This document shows, piece by piece, positions 48,089-57,423 of a DNA stretch of 64,000 nt. The position numbers were made by a program, and so were the translations under genes. Under the pieces are notes generated by a model. It worked only from the letters and a program-made list of their open reading frames with translations. It made no database searches and was not told where the DNA came from. The stretch spans positions 1 through 64,000 of IMG/VR virus record IMGVR_UViG_3300023174_007394; one strand, written 5' to 3'. This DNA is from a virus. Numbering within the stretch: position 1 is the stretch's first letter; each line of letters opens with the position of its first letter.

Positions 48089-49756
48089 TTATACTTTCTC
48101 TATTCTAATATCAGAGAAGTTATTTTTCTTTTGTATATCAATTCTATAATCAAATATTTCTGTGGGCATAGGCGCATGATTTATAACAAATACATTTAGG
48201 CCTAAATCGTCACATATTTTTCTCAACGTTGTTAGTATTGTGTAAACACCATCAGGATCTATAGAGCTGAATATTTCATCAAGAAATAATAAGTTAATCG
48301 AGCTAAATCTTATCTTCATTAATTTGAGTACGGAAAGAAGAACTGCAAAGTCTACTTTCTTCATTTCTCCTGTGCTTAATGTTGAGATTGATATTTCCTC
48401 TCCCATATGGATAATAGAGGCGTTAAAATCATCATCAAATCTAACAGTATATGGTAGATGAAGGGAAATCATTAGATCCGCTATATGGCTGTTTAAAGAA
48501 GGTAGTATGGACTTAAGAGCTAATTGCTTTATTCCCTTATCCCCTAATACATCTTCTATTTTTTTAAGCCATTCAGATTTTTTCTCCTCCTTAGATCTAT
48601 CCTCTGTGTTTTTCTGTACGATATTCCTAGTATCTTCTGAAATCTTCCTGAGAGAATCTAATGCATCAGATGATGTTAGGTTTGATTTAATCTTTCTTAA
48701 TTCGTCCTTTGCAGAGTTAATATTTACTGTTATCTTATTTCCCTTTGTGTTAAGATCTGCCTTTTGTGTTTTTATTTCAGTTTCTTTCTCTATTATCTTA
48801 TTATGAAGCTCCTGATATTCATTTACCTGCTCTTTAAATGCTTCTAACTTTTTATTTAATTCGTCCTTTATCCCCTCGTGATATGCACCTGCTAAATCAG
48901 AGGTGCAAGTTGGGCATTTGTCATTCTCATAGAATTTTATCTTCTCGATGATTAACCTAAGAGCTCCCTTAGCTTCTGTTAGAAGCCCATAATTTTTTCT
49001 GTATTGTGATGATATCTCAGATTCTACAGATGCAAATTCCCCAGCTTTTTTGGTATGTATTTCTAAAAGGGATGTGAATTTTTTAATTCTATCCTCTAGA
49101 TCACTTATTTTATCCTTAGAATCGTCTTTAATCTTTTGTGATAAGAATTCTAATTCACCTTGTGTCTTTGTTAATGTCCGGCCAAGAGAATCTATTTCAG
49201 CGGAAAGTCGGATTAGATTTTCTTTAATTGATTTAGCTTCCTCTTTTAAAAGATCCTTCATCTCGTTAATGACATAGAATCCAAAGATTTTGTCTATAAT
49301 TGATTTTTTGTCTGTTGGTGACATTTTAAGAAAACTCTTAAAATCGTTAATAGAAAGAGAAATTGTATTATTAAATACATAATTTGGAATCTGAATAATA
49401 TCCTCTGTTAGGTAATCCTGTACTGATCTAGATCCTGCTTTATCGTAAAGTGTACCATTAACATAAAGATTAAATATCGACGGGTCTAATCCTCTTTCAA
49501 CCGTATATTCTTCACCATTAGAAGTAAAAGTTATCTTTACCCATGCATTACCGTTGATTCTGTTTGGTATATCTTTAAGTTTTTTACCATCCAATTTTCC
49601 GTACAGCCCAAAAGTAATCACATCGGAGATACTAGACTTACCTGCTCCATTTTCACCAACCACTAAATATAATCCAGACTTTTCATCGAATTGGAGAGAT
49701 TGTATTTTATTTCCATAGGAAGCAAAATTTCTCCATTCTATTTTTGATAATCTCAT
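48089..49756 (-). CDS. gp46: Recombination ATPase (Rad50/SbcC-like)
   Basis: GENGAGKS, CPTC zinc hook, LSTGE signature, LFLDE. Confidence 0.93.
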   Translation of the reverse strand: MRLSKIEWRNFASYGNKIQSLQFDEKSGLYLVVGENGAGKSSISDVITFGLYGKLDGKKLKDIPNRINGNAWVKITFTSNGEEYTVERGLDPSIFNLYVNGTLYDKAGSRSVQDYLTEDIIQIPNYVFNNTISLSINDFKSFLKMSPTDKKSIIDKIFGFYVINEMKDLLKEEAKSIKENLIRLSAEIDSLGRTLTKTQGELEFLSQKIKDDSKDKISDLEDRIKKFTSLLEIHTKKAGEFASVESEISSQYRKNYGLLTEAKGALRLIIEKIKFYENDKCPTCTSDLAGAYHEGIKDELNKKLEAFKEQVNEYQELHNKIIEKETEIKTQKADLNTKGNKITVNINSAKDELRKIKSNLTSSDALDSLRKISEDTRNIVQKNTEDRSKEEKKSEWLKKIEDVLGDKGIKQLALKSILPSLNSHIADLMISLHLPYTVRFDDDFNASIIHMGEEISISTLSTGEMKKVDFAVLLSVLKLMKIRFSSINLLFLDEIFSSIDPDGVYTILTTLRKICDDLGLNVFVINHAPMPTEIFDYRIDIQKKNNFSDIRIEKV

Positions 49757-50850
49757 GCTTGTAAATCTTTTTCTGTTATTTTTTTATAAAGTACTTTAAT
49801 TGTCTTCTTCATTTTCTCCTTAGTTTCATCATCCTCTTTTAGAGAATTAATATACTCATCGGAGAAATCCAATATGGAGAAGTTCTTACCATCCAGATTG
49901 AATAGGGTTTCGTCCAGATTCTGGCTTTCAGTTTTATTATCGTTTATCGGTGTGAATGTTATCTTAAGCTGTGAAGTTACCATTTCTGTTAAAATACCTA
50001 GAGGTGCTTTAACTGCAAGTTTAGGATCAATAAGAACATCTACAAAATTGTTTTTAAACATATCCTCCAGCTCTAAAGGTGTTTTATCCAATACTGAATC
50101 AAAACCAATTCTAATAAATTTTGGAGAAAAATTGTTCTCAAAACAAGTTTCTTCCTCAGTTTCTAAATCAAGCAGAAGAATATATTTCTTATTATCCATA
50201 TCGGATCTAGTGAGCTGGTATGGAGATCCTAACATTTTAACTTTACCAAAGTCTTGAGAATAGTGAATATGTCCAGAATATACCTTTTTAAAGTTATCTA
50301 GCTTGTTATAAGAAATTCCATCTTCTATCTTTGTAAACTTATTAAAACTTAAACCTCTAATATCCGAATGACAAAATAGATAATCATGCTCAGTGATTTC
50401 TGATAGTAATTCAGCAGCAATTTCTTCGGTTGCCCTCCATGGCATCATAAATGCTTTTCTTTTACCGAAAATTATAGTTTCTGGTTCTTCGTAAACATTA
50501 ACACCAGGAATCCATTTTAGAGATGCTAATGAATTTATCTCGTTTGTACCGCGTGAATATATGTCATGATTACCTACAATAACAAAAATTCCATCTTTAA
50601 AAATCTTACTAAGCTCTCCAAATATCTCAACGCAAAGATTTAATACTTTAAGATTTATACTTTGTCTTGAATCATAAACATCTCCAAGATGGATTAAAAT
50701 ATCACCTGGCTTGTATTCTTTTTTAATCATGGGTATAAGCCATTCAAAAAAATACTTCTCCATAATCTGTATCCATTCTTCGGAGCTATTTCTAACCCCC
50801 AAGTGTGTATCTGTAATCATCCATAGTCTCTTTGCTTGTGGTAAATTCAT
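49753..50850 (-). CDS. gp47: Recombination nuclease (Mre11/SbcD-like)
   Basis: DTHLG, GDVYD, GNHD, SGHIH. Confidence 0.93.
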   Translation of the reverse strand: MNLPQAKRLWMITDTHLGVRNSSEEWIQIMEKYFFEWLIPMIKKEYKPGDILIHLGDVYDSRQSINLKVLNLCVEIFGELSKIFKDGIFVIVGNHDIYSRGTNEINSLASLKWIPGVNVYEEPETIIFGKRKAFMMPWRATEEIAAELLSEITEHDYLFCHSDIRGLSFNKFTKIEDGISYNKLDNFKKVYSGHIHYSQDFGKVKMLGSPYQLTRSDMDNKKYILLLDLETEEETCFENNFSPKFIRIGFDSVLDKTPLELEDMFKNNFVDVLIDPKLAVKAPLGILTEMVTSQLKITFTPINDNKTESQNLDETLFNLDGKNFSILDFSDEYINSLKEDDETKEKMKKTIKVLYKKITEKDLQA

Positions 50851-50851
50851 G

Positions 50852-51310
50852 CTAGAAAATTTTCTTAATTCCTTTTTTTGATATTATTCCAAATTTTTGA
50901 TCCATTTCATTAACTATGATTTCTTTGTATTTCATGTGTATTAATTCGTAAGCTTTTAAATAGTTTACGTTCATAAAATCACATATAGAAACAAATTTTT
51001 CAACCATTGTAAATTCTGTGGTTTCCATTTCCTCCAGGAGATCCTGGAATACGTATGGTATTAAATCTTTTGGCATTTTTTTATTTGGTCCTAAAGCACT
51101 CCATCTAGATTTATGAAAAATCTCATAAACTAATTTATTTAGTGCTAATAGATGTCTATATGATTCGTCTTCATTGTCTATTGATGCCCTTAAAGATCTA
51201 TAATCTCTAGTGTTATCCTCTATGTGGAAGGATTCATCCTCTATTGCTTTGGAGATATCAGCCTCGCTTTCTACCTTTTCTTCATCTTCGATGAGTTTTT
51301 TCTGTTTCAT
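50852..51310 (-). CDS. Hypothetical protein
   Basis: Coupled between the helicase and gp47. Confidence 0.75.
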   Translation of the reverse strand: MKQKKLIEDEEKVESEADISKAIEDESFHIEDNTRDYRSLRASIDNEDESYRHLLALNKLVYEIFHKSRWSALGPNKKMPKDLIPYVFQDLLEEMETTEFTMVEKFVSICDFMNVNYLKAYELIHMKYKEIIVNEMDQKFGIISKKGIKKIF

Positions 51311-52614
51311 TAGTTTTCATTCATTATTTGGGAGTTGGGATCTTCAGAAATTCTCATAAAGCTATAATCAACATTAAATTTTTTGTAGGAGTTTTTATAT
51401 CCTTCATCCCTATTTGCTAGAACCTTTAGCTTGTACTCATTATTAGTATACATTAAAGGATCTTGGATGATTCCAAACATTCCATCAACTGTTGCAACAA
51501 GTCCTGATGATTCCGAAGCAGAATTCATAGAAAGATCTGTTGCATCAAATTCTGATTGCTTAGTTTGTGTTGCTGTTATTATTGCCCATCCATTTCTTTG
51601 TCCCATAGCTCTTAAATCCTCTGCTATTTGTTTAATTTTCATATAAGTATTTTCAGTATTTGGATTTCTCCAATTCTTCATAATATTTATATAATCAATA
51701 ACTACTATTTTAAATTTTATTCCTTTAACTTCTTCCACCTTTCTAAGCCATTTTTCAACATCTACAACGGAAGCTTGACTAGTACCAAATTCTTTAACGT
51801 AAAGTTGTCCAGGTGTTGCTAAATTATCAAATGCTAAATTCCTTATTTTTTTCTTAATTATTTCAGGATCGTCTGTTGCATCATTGTACTCTGACATTTT
51901 AATACCCAAGAGATTAGATCCTATCCTCTTCATATATTTTCTGTCATTAAGCTCAAGTGTAATAACAGCGACGTTACTTGATGCACGTATTGCCTGTGCA
52001 GCAATATTCCCTAGCCATAAAGTCTTTCCGACCTTTGGCTGTCCTAGAAAAACGTAAAGACTTTTGGCAGCAAATCCTCCACCAAGAACTATATCTATAA
52101 AATCATAGCCGGAAGAGAATGTACTTGATTTAGGCTGTTTATGATTTTCTGGATCTGTGAAATCCAATCCAAGATCAAAAGAAAAATCTAAACTATTTCT
52201 CTCGTTAATTATACTTTTGAATGTGTTAACTACGTCCTTAATGTTCTCGGGGGTTACCTCTGTTGATTTTATATAGGTAATTGAATCCATCGCACTTTGC
52301 TCTAGATTCTTCCACTCTATCCAAGCCTCTGTGTTCTCTCTTAACCATTCAGGATCATACTCATTAAGCTTAATATCGAAAATAGTATCAACCTGAGAGA
52401 TTGGAATCTTATCCTCAAGCTTAAGCATTTTAATTATCTCCTTAACCTGATTTACAGATGGTACTTCAGAATACTTTTTCCAAAATGATTTAACTATTTT
52501 AAAGGTCTCTTGGTATCTGATATCTTTGAAAAAAGATGGTTTCCCTGATTCGATATAAATTGGCTCAGATACTATGCTGCAAAACCATATATTTTCTAAG
52601 TGAGAATTAATCAT
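51310..52614 (-). CDS. gp41: Replicative DnaB-like helicase
   Basis: GQPKVGKT, TLEL, VIDYINIM, AEDLRA, TATQT, ESSGL. Confidence 0.92.
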   Translation of the reverse strand: MINSHLENIWFCSIVSEPIYIESGKPSFFKDIRYQETFKIVKSFWKKYSEVPSVNQVKEIIKMLKLEDKIPISQVDTIFDIKLNEYDPEWLRENTEAWIEWKNLEQSAMDSITYIKSTEVTPENIKDVVNTFKSIINERNSLDFSFDLGLDFTDPENHKQPKSSTFSSGYDFIDIVLGGGFAAKSLYVFLGQPKVGKTLWLGNIAAQAIRASSNVAVITLELNDRKYMKRIGSNLLGIKMSEYNDATDDPEIIKKKIRNLAFDNLATPGQLYVKEFGTSQASVVDVEKWLRKVEEVKGIKFKIVVIDYINIMKNWRNPNTENTYMKIKQIAEDLRAMGQRNGWAIITATQTKQSEFDATDLSMNSASESSGLVATVDGMFGIIQDPLMYTNNEYKLKVLANRDEGYKNSYKKFNVDYSFMRISEDPNSQIMNEN

Positions 52615-52616
52615 TC

Positions 52617-52910
52617 TTAATAGTGTGGATTATCTTTTATTTTATAGAATTCTTTTCCTTTTTGATTCTTTTTTTGTGGCTCAAATGTTCCATCGTTTAC
52701 TAAAGATTTAACTATATTACCAAATTCGTTTTCTTCCCAACCAGAGGGAAGAAAAGAATTAAATGTTTGCATAGAGAATTCACCCTGCGGGCGGGAATCC
52801 CTAACTAAATAGCTATTTAATTCAAATATTAAATCTTCACGTGTTGGATATCCAGAAAGTTCTTTCCAGATGCCCATATGGTATTTCATTTTAACTTTAT
52901 TCTTTTCCAT
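52617..52910 (-). CDS. Hypothetical protein
   Basis: Between uvsX and gp41, the slot occupied by gp40 in T4; no sequence support for homology. Confidence 0.7.
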   Translation of the reverse strand: MEKNKVKMKYHMGIWKELSGYPTREDLIFELNSYLVRDSRPQGEFSMQTFNSFLPSGWEENEFGNIVKSLVNDGTFEPQKKNQKGKEFYKIKDNPHY

Positions 52911-54063
52911 CTTCTTCTATTGTTTCTTCCTCTGTAATATCACCAAATGCTTCCAATTCAGCTTCGTCGAATAAATCTGGTAGTAAAAAATGAGGCTTAA
53001 TTACATTTTCATCAAGTTCTTTAAGAACCTCTTCTGTAAAAACCTCTGGTGTAAATAATTGGGTGGATGCAATGGTCTTTCCTAAATGTCTTACTGCCCA
53101 TCTTGGAGAAGATTCAACAGCGGTGAATATCATTTCGCCTGTTTTTTTATCAACCTCTAATTTACCTCTTTGTATCCCGCACTTTTCCCAGTTTACAAAA
53201 TCTTGAAGTCCAACATATGGATTCATACCGTTCATAAAAGAAATATGAAATTTAACAGGATAAGGTCTAGTGAATCTTGCTTTCTTAGGGGTTGATGTTA
53301 CAATGATTCCAGTTTTTGTGTCATTCTCTTTTAATTGTGCTTTAGAAAGCATAACAACATTACTCATGGAAAAAATAGGTCCATCGCCACCTGATGCTTC
53401 TTTTGTTGGCATAAATCCACCTATTCCACCGGTTGTTGTGTGGTTAGTGCAAACCAAAGGAATTCTAACACCTGTTAGATCTAATGTTATAACACGGAAA
53501 AGAGATCTCATTTCTTTAGATCTTAAACCCATATCCATTGCACTCTTTCCCTTGATTGCATCTCCAGTTTCTTTATCGGTACTAAGCATACCAAGAGAAT
53601 CTAAAATAATCATTATTTTAGGTTCTGCACCATCTTTTCTTGCAATTTTAACCTTCTCTAGAATATTTGTTGTAAATATTTTAAAATCATTGATTGTCTT
53701 AATAGGCTGATATCTAACTCTATTTGGATCAACACCAAATTTCTTGGCTGAGCTTTTATCTATGGCACCTTCAGTGTCACAATAAATAACATCATAATCT
53801 TGTTTCTGCGCTTCCCTTGTAATATTCATTGCTAGGAATGTCTTGCCTGTAGAAGGATCCCCCGCAATTCCTATTGACCTGTTATTTGCTATACCCCCGA
53901 ATAAACTTCCAGAGAGCTGAGCATTTAAAAGATAGTTACCTGTTGAAATCCATTCTGTTGTTTTTGAAAACTCGTTGGTCTCCAGAATAGATCCGGATTC
54001 AAATCCCTCAATTTTTGATAATTGCTTATCTAATTCTGCAAATGAAAATTCTTTCTTAGCCAT
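52897..54063 (-). CDS. uvsX: RecA-like recombinase
   Basis: STGNYLLN, GDPSTGKT, DTEGA, LDSLG, TNH, SGG. Confidence 0.92.
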   Translation of the reverse strand: MAKKEFSFAELDKQLSKIEGFESGSILETNEFSKTTEWISTGNYLLNAQLSGSLFGGIANNRSIGIAGDPSTGKTFLAMNITREAQKQDYDVIYCDTEGAIDKSSAKKFGVDPNRVRYQPIKTINDFKIFTTNILEKVKIARKDGAEPKIMIILDSLGMLSTDKETGDAIKGKSAMDMGLRSKEMRSLFRVITLDLTGVRIPLVCTNHTTTGGIGGFMPTKEASGGDGPIFSMSNVVMLSKAQLKENDTKTGIIVTSTPKKARFTRPYPVKFHISFMNGMNPYVGLQDFVNWEKCGIQRGKLEVDKKTGEMIFTAVESSPRWAVRHLGKTIASTQLFTPEVFTEEVLKELDENVIKPHFLLPDLFDEAELEAFGDITEEETIEEDGKE

Positions 54064-54081
54064 ATTTTTATTACTTTTCTT

Positions 54082-54109
54082 ATTATAGCTTGTAAATGAA
54101 TTAGATTTC
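54082..54109 (-). promoter_or_regulatory. Putative promoter GAAAT-N17-TATAAT for the uvsX-gp41-gp47-gp46 operon
   Basis: Bipartite recurring motif. Confidence 0.6.
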
Positions 54110-54126
54110 CAGATTTCTAGGCATAA

Positions 54127-54156
54127 AAAAAGCAGGAATATATATTCCTGCTTTTT
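54127..54156 (-). terminator. Intrinsic terminator (perfect 30-nt palindrome)
   Basis: AAAAAGCAGGAATATATATTCCTGCTTTTT. Confidence 0.85.
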
Positions 54157-54172
54157 CTGAGTTTTTTAACTA

Positions 54173-54358
54173 CTATTTAGTTGAATCTTTAACCTCTTTA
54201 GTAGTATCAACAGCAACTTTCGCTGTATCAACTTTTACCGTTGAATCTGCAACTGCCGTTGAATCAGTTCCTGTAGTTTCTGGTGTTGTAGCATTTCCCC
54301 CGCATGATGTGATAACTAAAATTGCTAAAATGGCTAAAAACCCTAATACTTTTTTCAT
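54173..54358 (-). CDS. Small lipoprotein
   Basis: MKK + hydrophobic core + ITSC-GG lipobox; D-S/T-rich tail. Confidence 0.85.
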   Translation of the reverse strand: MKKVLGFLAILAILVITSCGGNATTPETTGTDSTAVADSTVKVDTAKVAVDTTKEVKDSTK

Positions 54359-54376
54359 AATTTTTATTATTTTTTA

Positions 54377-54404
54377 ATTATATATCAAAAAGCATTTTTG
54401 TTTC
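54377..54404 (-). promoter_or_regulatory. Composite promoter GAAAC-N17-TATAAT overlapping GATATATA
   Basis: Both motif classes present. Confidence 0.55.
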
Positions 54405-54430
54405 GTGATATTTTATTAATTCTTTACATC

Positions 54431-54613
54431 TTAAGGATAAAGCCTGGATTCGTAGCATCCAGCCATATCCGCTAGAAAAAAGAATGCTATAAGAAAAATT
54501 AGCATAATAAATACAATCTTTGTATTTGCTGCTAATTCTTCAAGCAAGTTAAGATCTTTTCTTCCTAAATGATATCCTCTTATAAATCTCCAGAGTGCCT
54601 TAATTGTTTTCAT
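54431..54613 (-). CDS. Small membrane protein
   Basis: C-terminal TM helix IVFIMLIFLIAFFFLA. Confidence 0.65.
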   Translation of the reverse strand: MKTIKALWRFIRGYHLGRKDLNLLEELAANTKIVFIMLIFLIAFFFLADMAGCYESRLYP

Positions 54614-55465
54614 TTATTTATTTTTTGGTTCGATTATCTTAAAAAATTGGTCCAATTGCGGAAGTATAATAATTCTTGTTCTTCTATTTAAAGATTTCGA
54701 TTCTTCCCCTATATTAGGAGCAATAGGTTTGTATTCAGATCTTCCTGCTGCTATCATATTAGAAGGATTTAATCCATAAACATATTGTAATATTCTAACC
54801 ACTGATGTTGCTCTTTTAACACTAAGATCCCAGTTATCTAATAAAATTCCACCACTATATGGGGCATTATCAGTGTGTCCCTCTACCATAAATTCTACAT
54901 CGGGTTGACTTTTAAGTATTTTTGCTATTCTACCTAATAGGGTGTCTGCAGTTTCTGAAATGTAGTATTTACCAGATTTAAATAAAATTTTATCAGATAT
55001 GTCTATATAAATAACACCTTTTTCTACCTTAATGTCTATATCCTTGTCACTCATTCCTGCCAAAGAGCTTTTAAGATTCATGACCAATGACATATTTAAA
55101 GAATCTTTCCTAGATATCTGCTGTTGGAGATTTTGAATATAATTATCCTTGTTTCCTATGTTATCAAGAGATACCTTTATGCTTTCCGCCTGCTTGGTTG
55201 TTATAACAGATAGATCTTCAAGCTGTTTTATAACTTGATTTTTATTATTTTTTAATTCCTCTATCTGATCTTCTAAAAGTTTTTTCTTATCAAGCAACAA
55301 TGATGTTTCTTTTTTACAGATGTTTAAATTTGCAGCTGTATTAGTATACGTGTAATTTAAATTCTCATAGTTCTTTTTTAGATTTTTAAATTTTCTTCCA
55401 CTAACACAGGATGCTAGAGAAATTAAAAATATTAAACCTATAAAGAAAAGATTATTAATTCTCAT
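54614..55465 (-). CDS. OmpA/MotB-family peptidoglycan-binding lipoprotein
   Basis: LASC lipobox, coiled coil, VEGHTD, NWDLSVKRA, NRRTRI. Confidence 0.9.
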   Translation of the reverse strand: MRINNLFFIGLIFLISLASCVSGRKFKNLKKNYENLNYTYTNTAANLNICKKETSLLLDKKKLLEDQIEELKNNKNQVIKQLEDLSVITTKQAESIKVSLDNIGNKDNYIQNLQQQISRKDSLNMSLVMNLKSSLAGMSDKDIDIKVEKGVIYIDISDKILFKSGKYYISETADTLLGRIAKILKSQPDVEFMVEGHTDNAPYSGGILLDNWDLSVKRATSVVRILQYVYGLNPSNMIAAGRSEYKPIAPNIGEESKSLNRRTRIIILPQLDQFFKIIEPKNK

Positions 55466-55595
55466 TTTTTTTATTTTTTATTTCGTTTTTTATGTATATA
55501 ACTCCAAAGACTGATAGAAATATAATTATAGCTATATTTATACCTAAAATGTGATAAATGGATATTGTGTATTCCCCATTTATTATTTTAAACAT
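55455..55595 (-). CDS. Unannotated 46 aa single-TM protein (MFKIINGEYTISIYHILGINIAIIIFLSVFGVIYIKNEIKNKKNEN)
   Basis: Translated by hand; fills the gap exactly and overlaps both neighbours. Confidence 0.6.
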   Translation of the reverse strand: MFKIINGEYTISIYHILGINIAIIIFLSVFGVIYIKNEIKNKKNEN

Positions 55596-55863
55596 TCTTT
55601 TTAGAAAAACTATCTCTTACAATATCTCCATGTACAAACCATCTCGAATCGTCTTCATTTTTCTTAAAAAAGAAAATAGTATCAGATATCTGTCCTATTA
55701 ATTGAAATTCCTCCGATTCATTTAAAAATACTTCATCAAGGTCCTGGTCTGTAAATTTCCATTTAGAAAAAAACTTAGATGTATTTCTACTAAAATACTT
55801 TCTGTAGTTTTCTTCCATGTCTTTACTTATGTTTTTAACTTTTCTAAAATTTCTATCTGTCAT
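55588..55863 (-). CDS. Hypothetical protein
   Basis: Start moved to ATG 55863, since the track start lies inside the promoter. Confidence 0.7.
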   Translation of the reverse strand: MTDRNFRKVKNISKDMEENYRKYFSRNTSKFFSKWKFTDQDLDEVFLNESEEFQLIGQISDTIFFFKKNEDDSRWFVHGDIVRDSFSKKNV

Positions 55864-55881
55864 GTTTATATGTTTTAAACT

Positions 55882-55910
55882 ATTATACAGCAAAAAAGCT
55901 CCGGGGTTTC
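55882..55910 (-). promoter_or_regulatory. Putative promoter GAAAC-N18-TATAAT overlapping a terminator-like hairpin (~55895-55919)
   Basis: Motif plus AAAGCT..CGG/CCG..AGCTTT hairpin. Confidence 0.6.
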
Positions 55911-55939
55911 CGAAGCTTTCAAAATATTAATTGATTTTA

Positions 55940-56329
55940 TTACTCTTGACCGTATTTGAAGTAGTTGTAAACTTCTTCAATATCATCCGCAGATGTTGTA
56001 ATATGATCTACTGCCCATTGTTCAACCTTTCCAGACTGGTTAATCATATTAATTAATTGTTCTGTCTGGTCGTGTATCTTTTTAAGATTTGTAATGACCA
56101 TATATGGTTTAGCGGAATTTGCTGATATTTCTATTTTATTTGGAACTTCAGCTGAATATGATGGCATATCATCACCTGCATCATCCATATCGTCGCTGTC
56201 CATGTCATCGCTGTCCATATCCATATCGGTCATGTCAACATCATCTCCTAATGTGGGCTCTTCCATACCCTCGCTTCTTTTAGAGCGTATATCTTTTTTA
56301 TAATCCTCAATAGGTTTTAAATTCTGCAT
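55940..56329 (-). CDS. Acidic hypothetical protein with DMD repeats
   Basis: 129 aa ORF; GAAAT-N17-TATAAG promoter at 56350-56377. Confidence 0.75.
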   Translation of the reverse strand: MQNLKPIEDYKKDIRSKRSEGMEEPTLGDDVDMTDMDMDSDDMDSDDMDDAGDDMPSYSAEVPNKIEISANSAKPYMVITNLKKIHDQTEQLINMINQSGKVEQWAVDHITTSADDIEEVYNYFKYGQE

Positions 56330-56392
56330 AAAATTACTTATATTTTCATCTTATATATTCAAGACAAAAAGGATTTCTCCAATTTATTAAGC

Positions 56393-56617
56393 TTATTGTC
56401 CCAATTTTTTCAAAATTTCTTTAATCTGACTGCATTTTTCATATTCTTCCAAATCAGGTGAGGAGAAAAAATCCATCATTTCGTTTAGTATCTCTCCTAT
56501 ATTATTCATTTTCATAATCCCCTCGCAATGGCCGTCGATTAGTATATTATACATATCATAATAAGCAAAAGATATATCTTTCTCTAATTTTTCAGGATTT
56601 ATTTTCTTTGTTTCCAT
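56393..56617 (-). CDS. Hypothetical protein with UVR-like EEYEKC motif
   Basis: EEYEKCSQIKE. Confidence 0.65.
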   Translation of the reverse strand: METKKINPEKLEKDISFAYYDMYNILIDGHCEGIMKMNNIGEILNEMMDFFSSPDLEEYEKCSQIKEILKKLGQ

Positions 56618-56679
56618 TTTTATAATTTATAATCAAAAATAGTAAACATTTTCGGTAATAAAAAATGATATATAATGCA

Positions 56680-57357
56680 ATGGATTTTTTATTATCTTAC
56701 CAAAATTATATTACAAGGGAAGTAAAAGAGTTTTCTTTTACAGAATCTCAGATCTATGATAATATAGAAATATTCAAGCACGATCAAAATGATCAATTGT
56801 TTGAGCACTGGTGGAATACAGTTTTTGATTTTGCAGCTTTAATACCCGGCGTAGGTTCAATATTTGAAGGGATAAACCTTGTGTCATATGCTAAGCAAGG
56901 AGAATATCTTCTGGCAGGTCTTTGTGCTATAGGATTAATTCCTTTATTTGGCCAGTATATAGGTGCAGGTGGATCACTATTAGTAAAAGGCATAAAGGGT
57001 GGCGGAAAGATAGGAGCAAAAATGTTAGGCCCAGTTGGAGAGCTTATAACTAAATATTTTCCAAAGATTACTAAATTCTTTAAAAGCGAATCCTTTTTAG
57101 GTAAATTCCCAGGAATATCTAAATACACAGGGAAAATGGTAGAGGCACTTAAGGATTTTTCAATGGGTAAAAAAACTGGGATTTTATCAAAGATAGCAGG
57201 AACAAGGGGAAGGTATAAGACCATGACAAGGGTGGGTGAATGGATAATACCAGGGGGAAAGGGTGAGAATGCTTTATCAACGATGAATCCTAAAATTGCA
57301 GAAACAGGAGAGGTTAATTGGGAAGAATTTATGAAAAGAATTCCGGTTCAACAGTAA
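56680..57357 (+). CDS. Hypothetical protein with pre-toxin-like Gly-rich helical hairpin
   Basis: FDFAALIPGVGSIFEGINLVSYAKQGEYLLAGLCAIGLIPLFG; GATATATA at 56667-56674 places the start at ATG 56680. Confidence 0.7.
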   Translation: MDFLLSYQNYITREVKEFSFTESQIYDNIEIFKHDQNDQLFEHWWNTVFDFAALIPGVGSIFEGINLVSYAKQGEYLLAGLCAIGLIPLFGQYIGAGGSLLVKGIKGGGKIGAKMLGPVGELITKYFPKITKFFKSESFLGKFPGISKYTGKMVEALKDFSMGKKTGILSKIAGTRGRYKTMTRVGEWIIPGGKGENALSTMNPKIAETGEVNWEEFMKRIPVQQ

Positions 57358-57362
57358 ATAAA

Positions 57363-57386
57363 AATGCCACTCTTTCAAGTGGCATT
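57363..57386. terminator. Hairpin between convergent genes
   Basis: AATGCCACT-ctttca-AGTGGCATT. Confidence 0.7.
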
Positions 57387-57423
57387 AGATAATCATTATA
57401 CTTAAGGATAAAAATTACAGATT

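Noticed and set aside
54614-55465. Flagellar stator MotB
   Set aside because: Has a lipobox instead of the Asp-containing TM helix; no MotA partner.
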